Positions 1-9,159 of a DNA stretch of 47,071 bases are shown in pieces. The translations under genes were made by a program, and so were the position numbers. Location of the stretch: NCBI GenBank assembly GCA_012514595.1, contig JAAYZZ010000015.1, forward strand, positions 1-47,071. Reading direction: 5' to 3'. The notes beneath the pieces were generated by a model. That model worked only from the letters and a program-made list of their open reading frames with translations, ran no database searches and was not told where the DNA came from. Position 1 is the first letter of the stretch. Each line of letters begins with the position of its first letter. The stretch comes from Elusimicrobiota bacterium (lineage in GTDB: Bacteria; Omnitrophota; Gorgyraeia; Zapsychrales; Fredricksoniimonadaceae).

Positions 1-226
1 ACGTAAGACCGCAGGTCGGACACTTCAGCTCTTCCTTCGCGGTCGCAGGGATCTGCTTGCCGAAGTCCGTGAGCCCCGCCAGAAGGTCCGCGAGCCCGAA
101 CTGCTGCTCCATATGCTGGCTCTGGGCGCGCGCACACTCCTCGCACAGGTGCATCTCCATCACCTTCCCGTCAACGATCTCGGTCAGATGGACGGTGGCT
201 TTCTTGTTGCAGTTATGGCACTTCAT
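1..226 (-). CDS. McsA-like UvrB/UvrC-motif zinc-finger protein, N-terminal part (gene runs off the window start)
   Basis: Not in the ORF track because there is no stop in the window. Reverse-strand ATG at 226 reads MKCHNCNKKATVHLTEIVDGKVMEMHLCEECARAQSQH...ELKCPTCGLT. The paired CxxC...CxxC motifs and layout resemble McsA-type proteins. Confidence 0.55.
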   Translation of the reverse strand, partial: MKCHNCNKKATVHLTEIVDGKVMEMHLCEECARAQSQHMEQQFGLADLLAGLTDFGKQIPATAKEELKCPTCGLT

Positions 227-239
227 CGGGAACCCCTTC

Positions 240-1105
240 TCAGAACCGGACCCCGTCCTTGCGGGTCGCGCCCTGGAACAATTTGAGGAGCTTGAGCGTC
301 TTGGGTCCCGGCTTTCCCGTCCCGATCACGCGGCCATCGATCTTGACCACCGGGACCAACTCAGCTGCGGTCCCCGTCAGGAAGACCTCATCCGCGTTAT
401 AAAATTCATGCCTCGTGATCAGGGTTTGACTGACAGCAAGGCCGCACTTCTTCTCAGCGATGGCCATGACACAGTCACGTGTGACCCCGCGCAGACGGCC
501 GGCCACGGGCGTCTTCATCTCGCTCCCCTTGATCATGAAGATATTGTCCCCGGTGCATTCGGCCACATATCCACTCCCGTCGAGCAAGATGGCCTCCGGC
601 ACCCCGGCATTATTGGCCTCGATCTTTGCCAGGATATTGTTGAGATAATTCAAGGACTTCAGCTGCGGATTGATCGCCTCCGGGTGGTTCCTGACGGTCG
701 GGACCGTCACGATCGCAAGGCCGTTCTTGTAGAATTCCTCGGGATAAAGGACGATCTTGTCCGCAATGATGAAGATATTGGCACGCCCCTTGCACTTACG
801 GGGATCAGACCGAGGTCCCCCTCTCCCCGGGTGACCACCAGGCGAATATAACCGCTCTTGAGGTTATTGGCCTTGAGGGTCTGGACAACCGCCTTGATCA
901 TCTCTTTTTTGCTCATCCCTATATCGATCAACAGGGTATGACATGTTTCATAGAGACGATCGATATGCTCCTGAAGCTTGAACACAACCCCATCATACGC
1001 ACGGATCCCTTCAAAACCCCCGTCCCCGTACAAAAGTCCATGATCGAACACGGACAGTTTGGCCTGTTCTTTAGGGACGATCTTGCCGTTCAGATAGATT
1101 TTCAT
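240..1105 (-). pseudogene. ilvE: Branched-chain/class IV aminotransferase (IlvE-like) interrupted by a 1-nt frameshift near 805
   Basis: ORFs 707..1105 and 240..710 are the two halves of one protein: ...GYIRLVVTRGEGDLGL then, in the other frame, DPRKCKGRANIFIIADKIVLYPEEFYKNGLAIVTVPTVRNHPEAINPQLKSLNYLNNILAKIEA... The two frames share one G (CTG/GAT collapsed to CTGAT) at about 805. Confidence 0.8.
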
Positions 1106-1174
1106 AACGACTCCCCATATAAAAATTGATATGCCTAGTCATTATACTTAAATAAGTTATCAAAGCCACCGGAT

Positions 1175-1846
1175 TTACGCAAGAACGCCATCACGGATCT
1201 GGACCACTTTTTGACAGCGCTGGGCGAGGGATCGGTCATGCGTGACGAGGATGAGAAGCGAGGAATTCTGTCGGGCGAGGGAGACCAGAAGGTCAATAAC
1301 GCCTGCCCCCGTCTTGGAGTCGAGATTGCCGGTCGGTTCATCGCACAGAAGGATCCGGGGCCGGTTGATGACGGAACGGGCGATGGCGACCCTCTGCTGT
1401 TCCCCGCCGGAAAGTTGCCGGGGCTTGTGACCCAGGCGATGCCCCAGACCGACCTGGTCCAGGATTTCAGCGGCACGAGACCGCATGGCCCGGGGATCAC
1501 GAAGCCTCCCCTCCCAGACCATCAGCGGAAGAAGAACGTTCTCGAGAGCCGTGAGCTCCGGCAGGAGGTGGTAGAACTGAAAAACAAATCCGACAGCCTG
1601 GTTCCTCAAACGCGCACGGGGTCCATCCTTGAGACGATAGATGTCTTCCATTCCGATGAGGACCCTTCCCTGGTCCGGCTCATCCAGCCCCCCCAGGACA
1701 TGCAGGAGCGTCGACTTCCCTGCACCCGACGGGCCGACAAGGCCCACGGTCTCCCCGGGACTGGCCTCGAGACTGATCCCGCGCAGGACCTCCACCCGTT
1801 TCTGGGTATCGGTGTAGGCCTTGAAGATGTTTTCCGCCTTCAGCAT
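1175..1846 (-). CDS. lolD: Lipoprotein-releasing ABC transporter ATP-binding protein (LolD-like)
   Basis: Walker [10 protein letters not shown], signature [13 protein letters not shown], Walker [13 protein letters not shown]. Lies 2 nt downstream of a LolC/E-type permease. Confidence 0.8.
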   Translation of the reverse strand: MLKAENIFKAYTDTQKRVEVLRGISLEASPGETVGLVGPSGAGKSTLLHVLGGLDEPDQGRVLIGMEDIYRLKDGPRARLRNQAVGFVFQFYHLLPELTALENVLLPLMVWEGRLRDPRAMRSRAAEILDQVGLGHRLGHKPRQLSGGEQQRVAIARSVINRPRILLCDEPTGNLDSKTGAGVIDLLVSLARQNSSLLILVTHDRSLAQRCQKVVQIRDGVLA

Positions 1847-1848
1847 GG

Positions 1849-3072
1849 TTACTGATACCTCAATGCTTCAACAGGTTCCAGGGCTGCCGCCTTGGCCGCA
1901 GGATAGAGCGTCGCCACATAAGTGATCACAAGCGCGCTCGCGACGATCACCAGGACATCGCCCAGCTGCACCAGGACCGGAAGATGATCCAGATAGTAAA
2001 TCTCCTTCGGGAGCTTGATGATCTCGGTCTCGCGCAGAAGATAGCTCAGCCCCACTCCTCCGGCGAGGCCCAGGCTCGTTCCCACCATCCCCAGGGCCAT
2101 GCCATAGAGCGTGAAGACCTGACGGATCGCCCGGGCCGGGACACCGATCGACTTCAGGACCCCGATGTCCTTGGTCTTGGAGGTCACGGTCACGATCAGC
2201 GTACTGGCCACATTGAAGGAGGCCACCAGGACGATGAGGGTGAGGATCACGAACATCGCGAATTTCTCAAGATTCAGGGCTGCAAAGAAATTCTCGTTCT
2301 GCTCGATCCACGTCCGGACCTGATACCGGAATCCCAGCCCCTTGAGCAACGCCTCCTTGAGACGCGGAGCCTCATCGATATTGACCAGCTTGACCGAAAG
2401 CCCGGAGACCAGGTCCGGCGCGAGATCAAAGATCTCCTGCGCCTTCTGATAGTGGGCCAGGATCAGGTTCCGGTCGTAGTCATACATCTTTGAATAAAAG
2501 ATCGCGCCTACTTTGAGGCGATACCGCCATCCCTCCCCCGCAACGCCCGACACAGGCGACAAAAGCGCGATCGTGTCCCCCACCCGGAGACCGTAATAAC
2601 GCGCCAATTCCTTCCCGATGATGACCTCGTCAGCCTTGAGGTCCGCGATCCTCCCTCCGTCGACAAGGTACTCGTTGATCCGGGTCACGGTCGCCTCTCT
2701 GGCCGGATCAATGCCGCGGAGCACCAGGCCGTAGGCGCGGCTGCCGTGTTCCAGAAAGACATTCCCCATCACATACGGGGCCACGGCCGCAACACCCGGG
2801 ACCGAAAGCACCTCCTCCTGGACGCTCTGAAACGACTTCACGCCCGCCTCACGATCGATGAGGACATGGGCGCTGGTGCCGATGATCTTGTCCTTGAGGT
2901 CCCTGTCAAAACCGGTCATGACACCGATCACAACGATCAAGGCCATGACACCGATGGCGATACCAAAAATGGAAACAGCATTAATGAGGGCAAGGAATTT
3001 ATCCTTGCGGGCGAGGAAGAATCGGGAGCTGAGCCAGAGGGCGTAATGCACGTCAGATGTCACACGGCACAT
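1849..3072 (-). CDS. lolC: LolC/LolE family lipoprotein-releasing permease (FtsX/MacB-type)
   Basis: N-terminus ...LSSRFFLARKDKFLALINAVSIFGIAIGVMALIVV, a large periplasmic loop and a C-terminal 3-TM FtsX domain. Start is uncertain (ATG 3072 or GTG 3051). Confidence 0.8.
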   Translation of the reverse strand: MCRVTSDVHYALWLSSRFFLARKDKFLALINAVSIFGIAIGVMALIVVIGVMTGFDRDLKDKIIGTSAHVLIDREAGVKSFQSVQEEVLSVPGVAAVAPYVMGNVFLEHGSRAYGLVLRGIDPAREATVTRINEYLVDGGRIADLKADEVIIGKELARYYGLRVGDTIALLSPVSGVAGEGWRYRLKVGAIFYSKMYDYDRNLILAHYQKAQEIFDLAPDLVSGLSVKLVNIDEAPRLKEALLKGLGFRYQVRTWIEQNENFFAALNLEKFAMFVILTLIVLVASFNVASTLIVTVTSKTKDIGVLKSIGVPARAIRQVFTLYGMALGMVGTSLGLAGGVGLSYLLRETEIIKLPKEIYYLDHLPVLVQLGDVLVIVASALVITYVATLYPAAKAAALEPVEALRYQ

Positions 3073-3122
3073 GTCACAAGGTCACAAAGAGATCCCGTGC
3101 CTGGCGCCTAGTGCCTAGTGCC
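3057..3122. repeat. Two sets of short direct repeats in the lysS-lolC junction
   Basis: ATGTCACA at 3057 and 3071, plus GTCACA at 3081. Tandem GCCTAGT x2 (+GCC) at 3106-3122. Confidence 0.6.
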
Positions 3123-3126
3123 TTTT

Positions 3127-4569
3127 TCAGTCCAACGGTTTCATGAGCGGGAACAGGATCACATCCCGGATCGAGGCCGCATCGGTCAGGAGCATCACGA
3201 GGCGGTCGATGCCGATCCCAAGCCCTCCGGCTGGCGGCATCCCGTACTCGAGAGCCCGGACAAAGTCCTCGTCGATACAGCGCAATCCCGTCTCCGTATC
3301 ATCCTGAAGGTCCTCGATCAGACGCTCTTTCTGCTCCACGGGGTCATTGAGCTCCGAATAGGCGTTCCCCACCTCCATCCCGGCAATAAAGAACTCGAAA
3401 CGCTTGGACAACGCCGGGTTCGCGGGATCGGTCTTGGCCAGCGGACACAAGAACGTGAAATAATCCGTAAAAAAGACCGGATCGATCGTCGCATCCTCAT
3501 CGAGGATCTCCTCGACGATCTTCATGATCGCGGACTTGGTGAGCTTGTCGACCTTGTAGTTCCCGGGCCGGAGCGCCTTGACCTTTTCGAGCATCGTCTC
3601 GGCCGTATCCGTCGGATCGATATCGAACTTCTCCTTCACAAGACCCGCAAAGCTCACCCGTTTCCAGGGGGGCGTAAAATCGATCGTCTTGCCCTGATAG
3701 GCGACCTTGTAGGACCCGGTGATCTCCTTGGCGAGACCGCTGATGAGACCCTCCGCGATGTCCATCATGTCCTGCATGTCGCCATACGCCTGATAGAGCT
3801 CGAGCATCGTGAACTCGGGGTTGTGGCGTGTGGAGACCCCTTCGTTGCGGAAATTGCGGTTGATCTCGTAGACCCGTTCCATTCCTCCGACGAGAAGGCG
3901 CTTGAGGTAGAGTTCGGGGGCGATCCGAAGAAAGACATCCATGTCATAGGCGTTGTGCTGCGACTGGAACGGACGCCCGCGAGCGCCCCCTGCCATGGTC
4001 TGAAGCATGGGCGTCTCGACCTCGAGGAAACCGCGGGTGTCGAGATAGTGGCGGATCATGGATACGATCCGGCTTCTCTTGATAAAGACCTCGCGAACCT
4101 CGGGGTTGGCAATCATGTCCACATACCGCTGGCGGTAGCGGATGTCCACATCCTTAAGACCGTGCCATTTTTCGGGCAGGCACATGAGGGATTTGGACAA
4201 CACCGTGAATTTCTCGACGCGCAGGCTCTTCTGTCCTGTTCTCGTCGTAAAAAGCTTCCCCTCGACCCCTATGATATCTCCGATGTCGAGAAGCTTGAAG
4301 GCGGACCAGGCCTCCCCCAGGACGGCCTCCTTGAAGAACAGCTGCAGACGTCCGGTGCGGTCCATAAGATCCGAGAAGAAGACTTTCCCATGATCACGCA
4401 GCGACATGAGCCTCCCGGCCGCACGGACCGCCTTCTCCTCCGCGAACCCCTCGAGGATCGCACTCACCGGCTCCAGCCCCACGAACCGTCCGCCGTAAGG
4501 CTCAAAGCCCCTGGCCTTCAGGCCGTCACGCTTCTCCATTCGGATCTTTTTGATATCATCGATCTCCAC
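3127..4569 (-). CDS. lysS: Lysine--tRNA ligase, class II
   Basis: Motifs FRNEGVSTRHNPEFTMLELYQAY and GGLGIGIDRLVMLL plus an N-terminal OB-fold region. GTG start at 4569 follows AGAAGGAGAAG. Confidence 0.95.
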   Translation of the reverse strand: MEIDDIKKIRMEKRDGLKARGFEPYGGRFVGLEPVSAILEGFAEEKAVRAAGRLMSLRDHGKVFFSDLMDRTGRLQLFFKEAVLGEAWSAFKLLDIGDIIGVEGKLFTTRTGQKSLRVEKFTVLSKSLMCLPEKWHGLKDVDIRYRQRYVDMIANPEVREVFIKRSRIVSMIRHYLDTRGFLEVETPMLQTMAGGARGRPFQSQHNAYDMDVFLRIAPELYLKRLLVGGMERVYEINRNFRNEGVSTRHNPEFTMLELYQAYGDMQDMMDIAEGLISGLAKEITGSYKVAYQGKTIDFTPPWKRVSFAGLVKEKFDIDPTDTAETMLEKVKALRPGNYKVDKLTKSAIMKIVEEILDEDATIDPVFFTDYFTFLCPLAKTDPANPALSKRFEFFIAGMEVGNAYSELNDPVEQKERLIEDLQDDTETGLRCIDEDFVRALEYGMPPAGGLGIGIDRLVMLLTDAASIRDVILFPLMKPLD

Positions 4570-4605
4570 GATCTTCTCCTTCTCTAAAGAACATCTTCCT
4601 CAACC

Positions 4606-5436
4606 TTATGCCCCGGCGGAAACGATACAGATCCCGGCCTTATCCGCAAGGGCCACGGTCCTGTCCCTGTCAATGATGAGGGTCTTTCCGGCCTCGATCG
4701 CAAGACAAACAGCCCGGCAAGACCGCATGGTCTCGATCGTGCGCGGACCGATCACCGGCACATCAAAACGGGAATCCTGACGGGGCTTGGAGGTCTTGAC
4801 GACCACGGCCCCAGTGCGGGCGATCCTCCCTCCCCGGCGGATACAGGCATCCGTCCCTTCGAGGGCCTCGAGCGCCACGACCGCCTTGCCCTTGACCACG
4901 ACCGTCTGCCCCGCATCGATCTCGCCGAGATGCTTGGCGATCCCGACTCCGAATTCAATATCCGCCAACTCATCAAGTGTCGGAGCCCGACGGGTAAGCG
5001 TTCCCCTAGGGGCGAGATGGTCCTGGAGGAGGAATGTGGAATCCAGAAGTTCCAGTCCTTCCCTCTTCAGGCGATCGGCCAGGGCCCCGTAGATGGTATC
5101 GCAGCGGCGGTCGGACAGGGCCTTAAAGATATCCCGGATCTCCCCATCCCAGGACACGTTCTTATCAAACAACCTCGCGGGCGCGATCTGCCCGGCCATG
5201 AGGACATGGGTGACCCCCCGCTCACGACAAAAGGAAAAGAACCGGCCCAGTTCTCCCACAGAGAACCAGCGGACCTCATCAACAAAGAAATGGATCAGAG
5301 GAGAGGTGTCCCCCCGGACAGCAGCGACCACGACCCGTACGCCCTTGAGACGTGCGGCACGAGCAAAAAGAAAGGGGAACTGTCCGTTCCCGGCCAGAAG
5401 CCCTATGACCATCGCCTTCCTCCCGTCGGGGATCAT
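4606..5436 (-). CDS. lpxI: UDP-2,3-diacylglucosamine pyrophosphatase LpxI (DUF1009 family)
   Basis: LLAGNGQFPFLFARAARLKG..., ...IDAGQTVVVKGKAVVALEALEGTDACIRRGG..., ...DVPVIGPRTIETM... align along the whole length with the LpxI pattern. ATGA overlap with the lpxA stop. Confidence 0.75.
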   Translation of the reverse strand: MIPDGRKAMVIGLLAGNGQFPFLFARAARLKGVRVVVAAVRGDTSPLIHFFVDEVRWFSVGELGRFFSFCRERGVTHVLMAGQIAPARLFDKNVSWDGEIRDIFKALSDRRCDTIYGALADRLKREGLELLDSTFLLQDHLAPRGTLTRRAPTLDELADIEFGVGIAKHLGEIDAGQTVVVKGKAVVALEALEGTDACIRRGGRIARTGAVVVKTSKPRQDSRFDVPVIGPRTIETMRSCRAVCLAIEAGKTLIIDRDRTVALADKAGICIVSAGA

Positions 5437-6242
5437 TCTTCAGCGGCCACGCTGGTGGATCCGGCCGTCACGCCGCGCTCGGAGCTGCGGACAAACTCGA
5501 CCAGTCTCCGGACATCAGGGCCCTGCGGGACCTCTCTCTCCACACGTTCAAGCGCGGAGGAGCGGGACAGACCGGAAAAGAAAAGCACACGGAAAGCCTC
5601 TTTAAGGGCCTTGATCGATTCTGTCGGCATCTGGGACCGGCGGAGTCCTACAATATTGAGTCCGTAAACCAGCGCTGGGATCCCTACGGACATCGCGAAG
5701 GGCGGGATGTCCTGAGAGACCTTGGTGCAGCCACCGATCATGGACATGGTGCCGATACGGACGAATTGATGGACCCCCACCAATCCTCCGACGATCGCCC
5801 GATCCTCGACATGGACATGGCCAGCCAAGGCCACGGAGTTGGCCAGGACGCACCCGTCCCCTACCTGACAGTCGTGCGCGGCATGAGAGTAGGCCATGAA
5901 AAGGTTCCCGTTTCCTATCCGGGTGACCCCCCCTCCGTCGATCGTGCCGCGATTGGCTGTCGTAAACTCGCGAAAGACATTGTTGCTGCCGATCTCAAGC
6001 CAGGTCTTGTCGTCGCGCTTGTGCTTTTTATCCTGGGGGTCCTGACCGATGGAGGCATGGGGAAAGATCCGGTTCCCCTCGCCGATCCGGGTCCACCCCG
6101 AGATCGTCGTATGCGCCCCGATCTCTGTGCCGCTGCCGATCGTCACGTCCCCGTCGATAACAACATACGGGCCGATCCTGACGTTGTCTGCGAGCTTCAC
6201 GTCAGGCCCAATCACCGCTGTCGGATGGATCACATGTGCCAT
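5433..6242 (-). CDS. lpxA: Acyl-ACP--UDP-N-acetylglucosamine O-acyltransferase
   Basis: MAHVIHPTAVIGPDVKLADNVRIGPYVVIDG... has left-handed beta-helix hexapeptide repeats and the C-terminal helical LpxA domain. I chose the internal ATG at 6242, because the longest ORF (6299) would overlap lpxC/fabZ. Confidence 0.9.
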   Translation of the reverse strand: MAHVIHPTAVIGPDVKLADNVRIGPYVVIDGDVTIGSGTEIGAHTTISGWTRIGEGNRIFPHASIGQDPQDKKHKRDDKTWLEIGSNNVFREFTTANRGTIDGGGVTRIGNGNLFMAYSHAAHDCQVGDGCVLANSVALAGHVHVEDRAIVGGLVGVHQFVRIGTMSMIGGCTKVSQDIPPFAMSVGIPALVYGLNIVGLRRSQMPTESIKALKEAFRVLFFSGLSRSSALERVEREVPQGPDVRRLVEFVRSSERGVTAGSTSVAAEE

Positions 6243-6249
6243 ATTTCTC

Positions 6250-7557
6250 TCACTCTCCAAAGGCGAATCCCATGTCCGCTTCGCAAACGACCTGCCCATC
6301 CACTTTACAAACCCCGCGGCCGTTGGCGATCCGAGAACGCGCCTTGACGATCTCGACCTCCATCACCAGCTGATCGCCGGGCTCCACGATCTTGCGGAAC
6401 TTGACATTATCAACGGCCATGAAGAAGGCCAGCTTCCCCTTCGCATCGCCGTTGCTGAGCGCGACCACCCCCAGGACCTGGGCCATGGCCTCGATCATCA
6501 GGACCCCGGGCATGACGGGCCTGACCGGGAAATGTCCCTGAAAGAACGCCTCGTTCATCGTGACATTTTTAACGGCAACAGCCCTCTTCCCCGGCTCGAT
6601 CTCCAGGATCCTGTCGACCAGAAGGAACGGATAACGGTGAGGGATCACGTTCATGATCGCCCGGACATCCATCGCACTCGCATTCCCCTGAGGCGGCGTG
6701 GACAGCGCCCGACGGGATTCGTATTTTTCTTTCTGCTGAAGGATCTTTTTCAAAAGCTCGCGATTGAGGGTATGCCCGCTCTTGAAGGCGATCACATGCC
6801 CCTTGACCTGCTTTCCCAGAAGGTAGAAATCTCCGACGCAGTCCAGGATCTTGTGGCGGGCCGGCTCGTCCGGAAAACGAAGGGTATTATCCAAAGGCCC
6901 CTTCGGTCCAAAAACCAATGTGTTCGCATTGTTCGCACCCTGTCCGAGCCCTTGCGCCTTCACGGCCTCGGCCTCCTCCAGAAGACAAAAGGTGCGGGCC
7001 GGGGCGATGTCCTTCTCAAAGATATCGGGCGTGATGGAGAACGTCGCGACTTGTTTCAAAAGCGGATGAGGATACTCCAGAGAATAGGAAACCTTCCATT
7101 CATCGGCCGGAACGACCATCACCGAGGCCCCGTTGCGGGAGACCATGATCGGCTCCCTGACCTCCAGGACTTCCTGTTCAGCGTCGAGGTCCACCACGCC
7201 CGCCTCGCGGAGCGCCTTCACATAGACCGCCGAACTTCCGTCGACGCCCGGGGCTTCATCCCCGCTGATCGCAATGGTCGCATTATCGATACCGAGCCCC
7301 GACAAGGCGGCCAAAAGATGCTCAACGGTATAAACAACCGCCTCACCCTTTTTGATCGCGGAATATCGCCCCTTCTCTCCGCCGGTGACCACATCAAGGG
7401 TCCCGAGCCTCATGGAAGGCGATCCCGCAAGGTCCGTACGAACAAAAACAATGCCGCTATTGGCTACAGCGGGCTTGATCACAACCGTCGCGGGCTTCCC
7501 CAGATGGAGCCCCACACCGGTGATCACACATTCTTTGGAAATAGTCCTTTGTTTCAC
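6250..7557 (-). CDS. lpxC/fabZ: Bifunctional UDP-3-O-acyl-GlcNAc deacetylase / 3-hydroxyacyl-ACP dehydratase (LpxC-FabZ fusion)
   Basis: The N-terminal ~280 aa are LpxC-like (MKQRTISKECVITGVGLHLGKPATVVIKPA...HKILDCVGDFYLLG). The C-terminal ~150 aa are FabZ hot-dog (IPHRYPFLLVDRILEIEPGKRAVAVKNVTMNEAFFQGHFPVRPVMPGVL). Confidence 0.9.
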   Translation of the reverse strand: MKQRTISKECVITGVGLHLGKPATVVIKPAVANSGIVFVRTDLAGSPSMRLGTLDVVTGGEKGRYSAIKKGEAVVYTVEHLLAALSGLGIDNATIAISGDEAPGVDGSSAVYVKALREAGVVDLDAEQEVLEVREPIMVSRNGASVMVVPADEWKVSYSLEYPHPLLKQVATFSITPDIFEKDIAPARTFCLLEEAEAVKAQGLGQGANNANTLVFGPKGPLDNTLRFPDEPARHKILDCVGDFYLLGKQVKGHVIAFKSGHTLNRELLKKILQQKEKYESRRALSTPPQGNASAMDVRAIMNVIPHRYPFLLVDRILEIEPGKRAVAVKNVTMNEAFFQGHFPVRPVMPGVLMIEAMAQVLGVVALSNGDAKGKLAFFMAVDNVKFRKIVEPGDQLVMEVEIVKARSRIANGRGVCKVDGQVVCEADMGFAFGE

Positions 7558-8600
7558 GTGTCCATCCTCTTCTTCAATGATTCCTCCAGAGAAGCGATCT
7601 TCTCCTCGAGAGCCTTGATCCTTTCCACATAGTGGGACAAGCGCCCCACATGCCCCAGGGTCCGTGCCGCCTGCCGATGCTCATCGGCAGGGCTTCCGAA
7701 CATCACGGCCTTGGCTGCCACATCCTTCGAGATCCCCGACTGGGCCATCACGACGGCACCGTCCCCGACATGGAGGTGCCCCGCCACTCCCACCTGCCCG
7801 GCGAGGATCACGTTCTTTCCGAGAGTGGTGCTCCCGGCGATCCCGACCTGGGACACAATAATGCAGTTCTCGCCGGTCCTGACATTATGCGCGATCTGGA
7901 CCAGATTGTCGACCTTGGTCCCTTTCCCGATCACGGTCCGGTCGAAACGCGCCCGGTCGATCGTGACACAGGCCCCGATCTCGACATCGTCCTCGATCAC
8001 GACCGTCCCCATCTGGGGGATCTTCATATGCTTCTCTTCCACGGTCAGATAGCCGAACCCGTCACAGCCGATCACGCTCCCGCTGTGGATGATCACACGG
8101 CTCCCGACGGAGACATCCTCCCGCAACGTCACGTTGGGATAGATCAGGGTCTCCTCCCCCACCACAGCCTTTTCTCCGACATAACTCCCGGCCCCGATCA
8201 TCGTCCCCCGACCGATCCGGACACCCGGCTCGATCACGACATGGGGTCCCACTCCGACGTTCTCTGCCAAGACGGCATCGGGAGAAATGACCGCGGTCGG
8301 ATGCACGCCCCGGATCCGCGGCGTCAGCGACTCCTTGATCAGAGCGACCACGCGCGTGAACGCGAGAGAGGGGTTCGCGACCCGAATAAGCGCAGGCCCT
8401 TCTGCAGACACATCCTCCGCGACGATAACAGCCGAGGCCTTGGTCGTCTTTAAAAGGGGCAGGTATTTGGGATTGGCCAGGAAGGTCAGATCCCCGGGTC
8501 CGGCCTCCTTGAGACCGGAAACCCCGGTGATCACAATGTCCCTGTCGCCCACGACCCGCCCCCCGAGGAAATTGGAAATCTCGGAAAGGGTCTTACGCAT
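7554..8600 (-). CDS. lpxD: UDP-3-O-acylglucosamine N-acyltransferase
   Basis: N-terminal LpxD domain (LSEISNFLGGRVVGDRDIVITGVSGLKEAGPGDLTFLANPKY) followed by hexapeptide repeats. ATGA overlap with lpxC/fabZ. Confidence 0.9.
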   Translation of the reverse strand: MRKTLSEISNFLGGRVVGDRDIVITGVSGLKEAGPGDLTFLANPKYLPLLKTTKASAVIVAEDVSAEGPALIRVANPSLAFTRVVALIKESLTPRIRGVHPTAVISPDAVLAENVGVGPHVVIEPGVRIGRGTMIGAGSYVGEKAVVGEETLIYPNVTLREDVSVGSRVIIHSGSVIGCDGFGYLTVEEKHMKIPQMGTVVIEDDVEIGACVTIDRARFDRTVIGKGTKVDNLVQIAHNVRTGENCIIVSQVGIAGSTTLGKNVILAGQVGVAGHLHVGDGAVVMAQSGISKDVAAKAVMFGSPADEHRQAARTLGHVGRLSHYVERIKALEEKIASLEESLKKRMDT

Positions 8601-8612
8601 ACGGGCGGACCG

Positions 8613-9131
8613 TCACTTCTTGGATTGCTTTTTATAACTGTCGTTCAGCGTGCTAAGGATCGGCTCCGTGATATTCAGATTCTCAGCGCCATAGATCATG
8701 GTCCGGTCATTCAGGACAAAGGTCAGGCCCTCTTTCTTGGCATGATCTGAAACGGTCTTCTCGATCTCCAGAAGGATCTCCCGCACCTTCTCATCGCGCG
8801 CCTTGGTGAGGTCCGTTCTCTTGACACGGTCGAACTCGAGGATCTCGTTCTTCATCGCCTCGATCTCTTCCTCGGTCTTGGCCTTATCGGCCTCCTTGAC
8901 GACGCCGAGCTTGCTCTGCAGGTCCCGGATCTTGTCGATCTTCTGGTTGCGCTCGTCCTGGAACTTGGTGTTCTCCTCCTCAAGGACCTTTTCATAATCC
9001 TTCGTCTTTTCATACTCATCAAAAAGACGGGCGATATCGACATAGGCGATCTTCAGGTCCTGGGCCACAGCCCGGGACGCAAAAGGCACCAAGCACATCA
9101 GACCCAACACGAACAACTTGACCCACTTCAT
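8613..9131 (-). CDS. skp: OmpH/Skp family periplasmic chaperone
   Basis: Signal peptide, then a Lys/Glu-rich coiled-coil of about 170 aa (IAYVDIARLFDEYEKTKDYEKVLEEE...). Sits in the canonical position between bamA and lpxD. Confidence 0.8.
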   Translation of the reverse strand: MKWVKLFVLGLMCLVPFASRAVAQDLKIAYVDIARLFDEYEKTKDYEKVLEEENTKFQDERNQKIDKIRDLQSKLGVVKEADKAKTEEEIEAMKNEILEFDRVKRTDLTKARDEKVREILLEIEKTVSDHAKKEGLTFVLNDRTMIYGAENLNITEPILSTLNDSYKKQSKK

Positions 9132-9159
9132 ACCTGACCTCCTTAGATTGAAGGGCTTC

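Noticed and set aside
790-820. Programmed -1 ribosomal frameshift in ilvE.
   Set aside because: There is no slippery X-XXY-YYZ heptamer and no obvious downstream stimulatory structure. A simple 1-nt deletion or assembly indel is the economical explanation.
3106-3122. Tandem GCCTAGT repeat as a CRISPR or minisatellite.
   Set aside because: There are only two 7-nt copies with no spacers. No CRISPR-like repeat-spacer periodicity occurs anywhere in the window.
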